Of a stretch of 64,000 nt of DNA, positions 50,839 through 62,100 are shown piece after piece (positions within the stretch are counted from its first letter, which is position 1; each line of letters begins with the position of its first letter). The notes beneath the pieces were generated by a model that was not told the DNA's origin, did not search any database, and saw only the letters and a list, made by a program, of their open reading frames with translations. The DNA comes from Psammoneis japonica. Lineage: Eukaryota. The stretch lies in contig QPGO01000001.1 in the NCBI GenBank assembly GCA_008632985.1, forward strand, positions 900,404-964,403, given 5' to 3'. The position numbers and the translations under genes were made by a program.

Positions 50839-51559
50839 CAAGCTTTTGTAAACGTGCATGTCGGTCTCAGTTCGATGACGGTACCGGTAGATGTTGTGTA
50901 GACTAGCGCGATGTAGAAGTAGCTTTCTATGAAGGCGCTAGCTAGACCGAATGGCTATCCCGTTGATGCCATTAAGATTGTAGCTATGCCCTTTCTACTT
51001 CTATTCAATCAACATCTTAAAATCAACGCAACCAGCTTTCCACGAGAAGTTGACGTATGATATTGCCATCAAACAGAAGCAGTAGAACACACAGTAGTAC
51101 TTGAAACGCTTGTTACTGGTCTATCGCACGGACCTCTCATTGTGTATCGTCGCCGGACCGTAACCCACGTTGCCTTTCCCGACGAGCATATATCGCCGCA
51201 CGGACTTTGTGTCACGGTACGAATGGCACGAAAATAATGATAAACGCTACTACTGCATAAGCAACACACGAAAAGAGAAGGACGTTTGGTGTCATATCAT
51301 ATCGTTTCTATTAACTCTGCAAGATGGGAAGAAAGAAGGGTACGTCTTGTGTGTCGTCACGTATTGTTACAGAGTTGCGATGGTATGTATGTAAACTACC
51401 GGAAGGTATCTACTCTATAGATCTATGATTCTCAAGTCTGAATTAACACAAGCCCTTGGATACCATACAATGAGCTTTTTTAACAATTATAGGAAGACAA
51501 GCCAGTACAAGCTGACATTCTTCACGTCGGGATGCCGAATCTGTCATGGATTCAATCTT

Positions 51560-52500
51560 CTCCCAGTAGCTGCGAATATTTTGCTGCACACTCTCGCGTG
51601 ATTGCTTTGTGGACGCTTGTTGACGTCCTAAGGACTATCCTGATTTCCATCCTAGCTTCTGAAGCAGTTGATTCCCAATATTTGTTTCGCCAAGATTCTC
51701 TTCGGGGTGGACGACTTGAGTCGGTCGAACGTTTTGTTCTTCTGCAATCACGGGGGGCTTGCGTCACTGTCTCTGGACCATACCGGTACATAAAGCGACG
51801 CTCATTGGCACGATCTCGGTAGGCAGCACCAGCCTTGTCTGCAGCAGCGTCGGTAGCCATTTTCTTTTCTAGATTTTCCTTGTGTAGCGCAGACTTTTCT
51901 TCGTACTGTCGGAGCTTGCCGATGCTGGCGAACTTCCTCTTGCACAGCACGCAAATAGGTTGGCCCTTAGCCGTCTTGGGTACTACCACGTCAGCGGCAG
52001 TAGGCTGCTCGTTACCACGCATTTCTTTTCCTCGTTCCGACCACATGTCCATGTGAGCAGCATGTTTCTTTGAACCCATGTCTCGGTCGGCTCTTTGGGA
52101 ACTTTGGCAGTCGTCACCTTTGTAGCATCCTTGGAGGCTGTGGATTTCGGAAGCTTCTTCGTCCTGAGCGAGATGGCAATCATTTTCGTTTCGCTCGGCT
52201 TGGCCTCTGATTTCGGCACTGCTGCTTCAGCTGTCTGCTGGTTTGCAACCTCTTGAAAAGGTGGGTCCTGTCCCGGGCAATGGGAAAAGCACTGCTGCTT
52301 CTTGTTTCCACAGCAAAGTTTCATTTTGGGGTCACAGAAAAAGCCACTGGCTGATCCGTAAAAGCATCCTGACCGAGCGTCAAAGACGCAGGCTCCATGC
52401 TCTTGAAAGATGGAAGGCCATTCCAAACTGTGACTCGGAGGCGGTGGTGGAGACGACCTTTTCTTTTGGAAACGACGACGTCTAAACTCATCGGCATCCT
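51560..52500 (-). pseudogene. RBM5/RBM10-like fragment: OCRE, C2H2 finger, G-patch; disrupted
   Basis: OCRE-like xVFDARSGxFYGSASGFFxDPK; ICVLCKRKF...SALHKENL; YRDRANERR; NIGNQLLQKLGWKSG*SLGR with an in-frame stop; frameshift near 52080. Confidence 0.8.
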
Positions 52501-53172
52501 CACCCAGCTGCTCTAGAGCCTTGCCAAAGTCACTTGTTTTTTGCCGACAATCATCGGTTCCCTCTCTGCGGGGCGGCGGCTCATTGCACCAAGCGCCGCA
52601 CCTTGATCAGCGTTCCTCTTGTACATGATCACGAGTTTGACACTGTCAACAAGCATCCAAATGAAGCGATGGTGCAAGAGACAATGCAAGAACGCTTCCG
52701 ACCAAACTTGTCAACCGCACCTCCAAGAAAACAGGGTTTGGGCCGATTTCTGGCACAAAACTCACGCAGAAAATTCGCGTAGAACATCTTGTTCGTCGTG
52801 CTTTTCCCATGCTTTGCGAAAAACAGGCCACGACCTCAAGGAATCGATTTCAGTCATAACGGTTGACACTTTGCATGCTTGCTTTTTGATGACAAACACG
52901 ACAATGTCCACCGTTCGGCAAAATTCCATCATTGGAAAATGTTTGCCGTGGTGGTGCCGTGGTGAAGTGTTGATCGAATTTCTGAAAATGGAATTTTGAA
53001 GTGTTCACGCACAGAATCGTGTTGCTTGTGCAACAGTCATCATGTAAAGTGTCAATGGTTTCAGGGGAAAACGATTCCTTGAGGCGTCGGTGGAGCAGAG
53101 AAGCACGGTAGAAGCACGAGAAAAAAATCGGCCCAAACCCTAATTTTTATAATTTTTTCTACGTAAAATTTC

Positions 53173-54940
53173 TACGTGATTTTTGTACCAGTGCACATGG
53201 CTTATAGGCGCAAACAGGGCTCCACTTAGAAATCCCGCAAAAGAAAGAGTCCTCATGTACGCAAGTACGATGCAGTTTGGACACGACTCCCTTTTTATGG
53301 CTCGTGACGTCATAAAGCAGGCCATACTCAAGTACGATAGTATGAGGCTACGACTAGCATAAACGTACCTGTTATGCCGGTCAGACATTTTGTATTGGAT
53401 TTTATGTATGCCTTTATTTAATGATAACGGTTCTTGCCAAAACAAATAGCAGGTTTTACATGTGTTAGATATACAAATGTCTCACAAAAGTCCATACTTT
53501 TCAACTATATTTAGATGTTTTTGTAGATGTTACACATTCAACCGTCGATACTCCGTTTGTCAACTCCGTCTTTGAATAATACTTCATATATGCTCGTATG
53601 TTTGATTAAATGGCGTGGCGGGCGTGGGCATGACCTTCATTTGAATTCGTACTTAAAAAGAGTCATTCTATGTATTGCCTCAGCATTTTGTTCGTTAAGT
53701 GCGTAGAACAGTACAAATCTTACACAAAAAGTCATATGCAGTCATTCAACATTCTTGTATATACGTCATTAATAAATCATATCAATGTTTTTTATCTCGC
53801 GCACGTGTGCGCGGTTATTAGACTGTGTAGGTGTGTGTACGTGTGTGAGGTGTAAGTAGGATATACGTAGAATTACTACTGAGTGATTGACATGCCGTGG
53901 ATTTTCCGCCGGTACACAATCTACGTGGTCTACATGTAACATAAATTTATGTTGGTCTCTGAGGCTATTACATATCATTGATTTTGCTAAGGCCTCTAAT
54001 ATATGTATATACCAATTCAAAAGTCTGACAGAACACCCCGAAAGAACTCTGGAATCTGGATAAAAAAAATTTCTATTTAACGGTGCGAACAGGGTCGCCC
54101 CGAAGCGCTTCTCAAAATATTTTCAGATTGAATACAGTAAAACATCTACTATTACCAAAACAGAGTTATTATCGGATAAATAGATCCCGTGGTCTTCGCG
54201 CGCAAACAACACGATAACGCACAACAACACCATGGCGAGAAACGCGAACGCCGTCCCCTCATCTACAAGCTGGGAATGCGAGATACTATTGAAGTGGTTG
54301 GACAATATGTATGCGCTGTATTCATGGGTCAAGTTGGGTTTCTTCTCGCTGCTTGTTGTTGCGTCATTTTACAACGTTTTGACCCACGCCGTGTTCTTTG
54401 CTTTGTTGCTTCTGCTCGCGCGCCACCAACAGCTCTTCCTGCAGGGTATGGCTAGTTGCACGGCTGCATCGAACCCAAACGTGCGCGACCAACTAGCCCT
54501 ACCCCGGCTAACTCATATGTCAATGATTATATCATATTGCATTTTATGCTAGTCGTAGCCCCATACGCAAGTACGATCCAGTTTGGACGGGGTCTTAATC
54601 AGTTCCCCACGTGTTCTGTGGTACAAATGTACATGCGCAATTCTGGTATAAAAAACATCGTAGACTGGGTTCGAGCTCCACAATCGATCTAAAATCATTT
54701 AAAATGATCGCGAGCTCCGCAGCGCTGAAAGGGTCTAAAATGGAGGTGTTGAAAATGGAACGCTTGTGTCCACAAAACGCAGCGTTTTTGAACGCTTTTA
54801 TTGTAATGGGAAACAACAGAGTCTCTTTTCTCTTTTTTTCTCTTTTCTTTTCTCTTCTTTCTTTTTCTTTCCTTTTTCTCCTCTCTCTCTTCCCTCTTGG
54901 TCTAAAATGCGCTCCAGTAACATGGTATACAAACCACGTA
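53173..54940. mobile_element. Possible non-autonomous DNA transposon (AT-rich, short imperfect terminal inverted repeats)
   Basis: tacgtgatttttgtacca (53173-53190) vs reverse complement of 54923-54940 tacgtggtttgtatacca (15/18); both ends are TA; abrupt change to AT/TA-rich sequence. Confidence 0.35.
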
Positions 54941-55619
54941 CATCCATGGTCAATGGCGTCTACCGTCTACCCTCCACCCACCGTCTATTATGTTTTCACC
55001 ACAAGTTGGGGCTGCATATTGTATCAGGGGGGTAATTGACCGCATTGCACAGATGCTCAAAACTCAAGACAAACGGCATTTGCAAACTCCAGCGGTACCA
55101 AGCAACCAGTCTTCTCGTTTTCGATTGTAACACGGCAGCAGAGCGCATCTCTTGGTGCCGTTTCGGAGTTGAGTAGGGCGTCGCCGTTCAGCGTGGGTGG
55201 CTTTTGCGTGACGCCAATCAATGTTGACTCCTATTTTATAAACGTCGTTGCGGATCCATGGGTCCCCAGGGAGACGGAAAAGTGCGTTATGCTGTGGTGT
55301 ATTGTGATTGAGGTAATTTCAATGGCGAATCGAATGTACAGTATGCATCCTGTTGGTGCGCAACTACAGAAGGCGCTCGTGTACGAATAACATACACTCA
55401 CTAAACATTTTTTCTACTCTTCAATCATTCACACAGCTTGCCGACTACATCAACCATCAACCAATCATATCTAAAAGCATTCACACAGTGTGCCGCCAAC
55501 CACCAACTATGACTCACACATCACACGCAATACAAACGCATCTCTATCGACCATCATCCACCAACCATGACTCACACATCACACGGAAAAATACCCCATC
55601 GACCAGCATCCTTACATAT

Positions 55620-57587
55620 CTAACACTGTAAGCTGGGGTCAACGCCAAGAGGAGAGCCCACTGGATACAAGAGCGGATGCCAGCAACCGACGTATGCAAG
55701 ATTCTTACTGCCATCTGCCTGCAACACAACGCCGGCTTTGTATCCTCTCGCGGAACACCAGTTGGCGGCCGCCGCATGGCAATAGATTGACGCCGTGTGG
55801 TAGATAGAGTTACAATGGCTGTGCATAGCCATCATGGTGGTCATTGGTACGGGCTCCCAGACAGCCAACGGAAAGCACACAATCATTAGGTCATTATCCT
55901 GTGGGTTCTTGCTTGCGGACCTCTCCTCCACAATAAGGCCAGCTGTCGTTGGATCCTGCGTAGTTGGATTGTGATGGTTCATGCAGTATTGGTGTGCCTT
56001 GGAGGTACAGTATTCACCAGTAGCTCCGCCGCAGTCCGTATGGGGCGCCTGGAACATTGCGTTCAGATCCTTTCGCTTCACAAGATGTGTTGAGATTGCG
56101 GCTACGGTAAATGAAACAAAAAGGTGAATGATAGGGACGTTAGTATGGCAGTTTCACGATGATCACGCAGAGAAACTGAAGTTCAAAATTTCAATGTCAT
56201 GCAACGTACCCGTGCACGAGTGGATGATGGTGTCGGATGCTAACTGATGGGGGACGCCGAAAGCGGATTCCCTCTGTCCACTTGGTAAAATATGTGAGCA
56301 TTCCCGGTGTAACGCGTGGGCGCAGGCCTCGCTTGTTGATGCTTCGAGAGAACTGCATCCGTTGTCATGACGCCACAAGCCATTATTAGATACAAGCTGG
56401 GTCATCACGCGGCTGGTGGAACGGATCTCGTCAACCACTTTGGTGCCAATCATGCACCTGGCACACACTCTGTTTTTCTTTCTGTCAAGATATTTACTGA
56501 GGCACACGACTTCTTTCAACCAAGTGCTGTTGTTATTCGCTCTTGCCGCAGCTTCAACCCTTTTGGCTTTTTTCTTGATGTTACGCTGACGGCTCGAGCT
56601 GTACTTGCACGTATACTTGCACTTGAGGTATTTGAACGCATCCTCAAGGATGCCTCCGGCTTCCTTCCAGGCCTTCACGATCGCACCAGCGACACCCTTG
56701 GTGATCAAGTCTATCACTAATGTCGTAGCGACTCCCACGTTCGGCAGTCCCAAGCACTCGCCGCCGAATCCAGGCAGCCAGAGCGGTTCTCGGCAGTAGC
56801 AAAATGTCATTGAATAATAAGCCTGTAGAGCAGTCCCGGCAACTTCTGCCAAGCTACCCCCTGTCGCGGCAATGGCCGCGGGCATATCGTCTTTCAGTTG
56901 TTGGTCGCACCTACATGAGAACCAGTAATTCGAATCGTAGCACAAGTCGTGGAGCATGCAGACCTTGTCGACTGCATCTTTGGGCGGTGGATCGTTGAGC
57001 TTTTTGCCACCATTTCCTGGTCCGCACCACCTACCGTACTGTATGAGTTCCACCACTTCTCCCAGAGAACCCTCGGCTCCGTCAGTTCCGTCAACGGGGC
57101 ACACATCTTTGTCCGGGCCAGCGATTCCGAGTAGTTGCGATGCTTGACGCTTGGCTGCACACTGCTCTTTTGAGAGGATATCCTCCGCAGCCCAGGCTTC
57201 AGCTTTGCGCCTCAGATGCTGCGCATGGACTTTGCGCTCATTTAGGTCTTCGCTAGCATTCTGTATTCAGATAACCGAGTTGGTATCGCGTGTTTAATGA
57301 TGTGTGATCGATGCCACGGGGAAGCAATTCAGATAGAAACAAGCAAGAAGGAATGTGAGTGTTGTTGCTACGTAGATGGGTATGAAGAATGAAAACGAAT
57401 TTTCAGGCACTCTCGAGGACTGAACAGCAATGCAGGTTGCGTACTCACTCCCGTTTGACTAGTGCAATTGGCATATATGATCATGACAACGAGCAACACT
57501 TACCAGCTTACCGTCCCAATCGCCCTGGTCGATGCTTCGGACGGGCACTAGGGTGTTGAGGAGTGCAATGGTGATGAAAAGATTCAT
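55620..57587 (-). CDS. Secreted phospholipase A2-like protein with C-terminal Cys-rich repeats; multi-exon (57587-57512, uncertain micro-exon(s), 57260-56210, 56101-55620)
   Basis: Signal-like MNLFITIALLNTLVPVRS; Ca-loop YGRWCGPG; catalytic DKVCMLHDLCYD; CDQQL; intron 56209-56102 joins the frames. Confidence 0.82.
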
Positions 57588-58199
57588 TGTTCAGCAATCG
57601 ATTTGCTCATCAATATTGTTGGGAAACTTTGTTCTTCGTAACTTTTTCATTTTTATGTGCTCCTTCTGGCAATTTGCCGTAGTGTCCCGTTCAAATAACC
57701 ACGCATTCGTTACACACTCGTGACTGACGTCGCGCCTAGAGAACATTCTTCGGTTCGACTCTCTACTACTGAGGACCCTACAGTATTCGCGGCAGGACTC
57801 ATTTCGCGTTCGACCCACGTGGCCTACAGTGTGCAGGGATAGCATACAAGTAGCTTATATCTAAAAGGTAGAGATTTGCTGTTTTGTGTAAAATTATGAG
57901 ACTAGTTGCACGTACTGTGTAAGCATGGGTACGCGCGCGATAGTAAGACATACGGAGCTGCAGTCCTCGCGCGAAAAAACCAGTCACACTCGGCCAATCT
58001 TGCGCGATGGCCAGCAGTCGCGCCGTGACGACACGACCGCACGCAGCCCCTGTGCATGGAACTCCAGCAGCAGTCTGCCGACAGTCCAGGGCTTCTAGCC
58101 CTAGACTCCAAGCCAAGCAATGAGAGGATGCGATTGGCTGGCAGAGTCGCGGGGGTCATCACGGGAAGCAGAGGACGAGCGTGGGACAGACTGGAGACC

Positions 58200-59180
58200 G
58201 AGGATGGAAGGACGACAGATGCCACGAGATCCCAGACATGACCAATCCACGCATTGTTCCCTTGGCAGTCAGCATCTCAGGGGTTGCAACCATGGTCCAC
58301 TGCAGTGTCCATGCGTCATTGCAAAATTGTCACCCTGGTGGCTGTTGTGGGGTGCGGGTGCGGGACATGCGTCCCCTGAGAGTTCTTTCTGCTTTTTCGA
58401 TTCTGTGCTCTGCGGAGCAATCGGACAGTGATGCAACAGTGCGACATTGCATCGTTGTTTGTCGGGCCCCTGATGGGCATGTTTGTGCTGTTGCAGCTTT
58501 GTGCCACATTTTGAGGGTGGTCTCCTCATTGTCAATGAAGCCGTTTTGTGGAGTTTTGCTGCTCCCTTGGGTTGTGCCCTCGTCTGAAGGAGTTCAGCCA
58601 CATGCTGCCGGCCATGGTCAACTCCTCCCCCCAGCTGATTGGTGGGCAAGGCAGTTGTCATTCATGCACACCTTTGTAAATGTTGGACAATTGCGTTGAC
58701 CTGTTCTCATTGTGCACATTCTTCCTGGTCTTGCGCACTTTGCGCAGTGACCAAGTGTGTGTTTGTCCACGCCGGAATGCAGTGTGTGGGCACGGAGCAT
58801 GTCAAGCATCTCAGCATGTGCCATTGTGCATGCATGCCTGTGCATGGAGATTGTTTGCTGGTCACACAGTTCATGGCCGTTGACAGATTTTGACATCAAA
58901 CACGATGATCATGTTGTGTTGTCTCCATTTTTGACACGATTTTTGACAGTTGTGGACAGGCTGCTCCACGTGCAGCATTTTTGCCAGTGGATTGTTGAGA
59001 GCACCTGCTCATAATTTCAGCTTTCAATTGTTTGACAATGGGTCATGAAGCTGTCAACTGATGATGTTTTCACCCTCAGCCGCTGCCATTCAACATGGTC
59101 ACAGTGCTGACATCCAGCGCCACACGTCGGCATTCCCATTCTTGGTTGAGAACAAAGCCTTGTTGGTTCAACGTTGCGTC
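58200..59180. other. TpA-depleted unidentified relic
   Basis: About 2 TA in 1 kb by eye; no confident motif. Confidence 0.55.
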
Positions 59181-59199
59181 CCAGAACAAATCATGATGT

Positions 59200-62100
59200 G
59201 CATCCCGCTGTCATGTCCAATCCAATGAAGATGACACAGTTTGCATTTGTGTGTTCCAAGTGCATCATGATTCTCACCCGTCCGCAGGCATTTGCATTGG
59301 CAGCAGACGACATGTCTGTCGCCGGGAGTCCATCAGATGAGATTGGGAGTCACACTCTGGTCTCTGTTGCCCTTCCCAAGTTTTGTGCATCAGCAACTGC
59401 TCTGTTGGCATTGTGATCAGCTGCAGTGCATCATCTTCCAAGGTTGACTCAGGCACCGGACACTGGCACTGTTGACGGTCCAGCAAGCATGTCGGAGGAG
59501 GACCGAGTCATGACTGTGGAACAACTGCATTTCCCTCCACCCGCAACTGCAGAGGACCACCCACAGATTGTGGTGCTGCTGCTTTTTCTGCCACTGCCAC
59601 TGGGTGAGGCCTTCTCCAGCGGCACTTGGTTGGATGAACCTGCCCCAGATCTGGATGTGGACTTCCCCTTGGGTGGTGTGGAAGCAGGGCATGCAGCATC
59701 TTGTGGCTGACAATGACGAGCAATTGGTGACAAAGCAGGGTGGCCCTCTTTTCAATGTTGCCAGTTTGGAGGAGGTTCCAGGTTTTTATGGACTCAATGT
59801 TGTGGAGCCATTGCTGCAGGTCAATGATGTTGCAATCCTGGCTCCCATTGCAGATTCACATGGGTCAGCGAAGCAGTTCGTGAAAGCAGCATTCGACACT
59901 TCACCATGGGGCTTGCTTGGAGCAGATCCAACTGCTGATGACAATGCGGTGGCACAACCTGTGGGAGGAGATGCTGGCATGGGTGGCAGAATGTCAAATC
60001 ACCAGATTGTGGCACTGTGTCAAGGAATTGCAGCACCCCACCCCCACCCCCCAAGTTGCAAGGAGGAAGAGCATCTTGAGGTTACTGTGGACTGTGGAGT
60101 GCACTTGGCATTGGGAGCTGGCAACTGGGTGCACCCCCCCTCCCCCCCACCACCACCACATTTGCACTTGGGGAACTTTGTCCCAAGTTTGTCATGGTGC
60201 TCAAGATGACCGACAAATTTGTCGTCACCCACAAGTTTTTGGACATGGTGGCTCACATCCTTGCAGGATTTTGTCAGAGCAACTCATTTTTGGACCAATC
60301 AGCGAAATTCACACACAAAGTTGTGAATGAGGCATTTGAGACTTTGATCCATTTGTTTCATGTCCACACCTGTGCAAGCTTTGTTGTCAAAGTTTTTGAT
60401 TGTCCTCTTGTTGGAGCCAAGTGTGGCGGCGGCAACCTGGGAGACAGTTGTGGATGAGCTCTTGAATCTCCCCCTTCAGGAGCAGCAAAGCCAGTCCAAG
60501 TCAGAGGTGGCAGTGTCGACTCTGAAGTTGTCTGTCCTCCATGCCCAGGGAAGGATTGCAACTCCACAAGATGCATTGACTGCCATTTGCAACCTTTGAG
60601 CGTTTGGCCTCTGTGTGACACCTGACTTCAACCAATCTGCCCTGTGGTGGTTGGTTGGGATGTGTTGCAACGTGCTTGATTTGGAGTGCAGCAATGCATG
60701 GTTGGGTGAATGTGTTGCTGGATGTCCAGAACATCCTGGTGGATCACCTGATTGTTGGGAACCAGCCCATGTGTTGCAAGGCAATTGTGTTGGGTGGTGC
60801 TGTTGATGGGTGCATTTATGACCAGGCAAACGCAATTGCCAAGCAGCTGATTTCGGAGTTGCAGATGGCAATTTTGTCAGGTTATCCTGGGTGTTACAAT
60901 GCAATCACAGATGTTGCTGCAAAGCTCATTCCTGACCTGAACAAGTCAGGGAATGCAGCAAAAGAGCCTGCGCCAACTGGTGCTGGCATGGCAGAGGAGC
61001 TGGCCAAGAAAGAGCAGAAGATGATGTCGTCCAAGGAGGACAGGGCAGGAGAAGCACAAGAAGCTTGGCATTCTGGCACACAGCGGGGCTGGCAGGCCTC
61101 CAAGGATGTGCCCAGTCCATGCTAAAAAATTGTGCAACTCTGCGGTTGAGGAGTGCTGCTGTGCCAATTTTGTGCTGATTGGTTGTTTTTGCATGAATGC
61201 AAACTGCCCGGCCCTGAGCCGCACATCACAAATGCCAAAGTGCTCAGCAATGAGAAGGAGCAGCAACTGTGCAGATGGGTCAAAGACACTGAGGGGCTTG
61301 GTTTTGCCCTGGGTGAAGGCCCAACTGGTGAGGTCACTGCTGCAGCATGAGTTGCACTCTGTTGCACACCCTTGTTTTGGAGATGAATGTTTGTTTCTGT
61401 GTTGATCCCCATGCTGTGCAGCATCCAACATGAACTGACGTGGTGCACTTTGTCATCCTCATGTTCCAGCATTGCACAATGCAAGCCCAACAGTCCCCAT
61501 GCTTGCTGATCCATCAAGTTGCAGTCCAGGGTTTAATCCTCCTGTGTTGTTGTCCAGTCTGGCCATGGAACCATCAGAGGCGGACACAAACAGGGCAATT
61601 GGCAGCAAGGTGGGCCCTCTTCCTGAACCACTCAGAAGGTTTCTATCCCATTCTGTTGCAAGTCACAAAGGACACTTGCGGGTCACCACAAGATGTTCTC
61701 CCCACCATCAACAATTCATTTTGCAAAACGGAGTGGGAGGTGTCAAAGTGCAAGCATCTTCTGTCATTGGTCCAGGCCATGCCAGACCAACCATTTGGCA
61801 AGGAATCTATTTTGCAATGTTTTCTTGCAGAGGCGTGCTTGCATCATGTCTTGATGCCATTGCAAAAGTCTGGATTTTTGACAATGTTGGAATGGCTGTG
61901 TTTTGCGACATCAATCCCCGAGGCACAAGAGTTCACAAAGCTGGTCAAAGAACATGGCAATGCCAACTTTGGAGGAATCCAAGGACATGCCAAAGACTGG
62001 CAGAATGTCACAAGTGTTGACAAAGAGTGCACAGATGTGGCATCTGTGGCCTCACTTCATTTCAATGGAGATGTTGCTGCAACAGTTTGATGAACGGGAG

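Noticed and set aside
53135..53143. Telomere-like aaaccctaa
   Set aside because: Single unit, no array.
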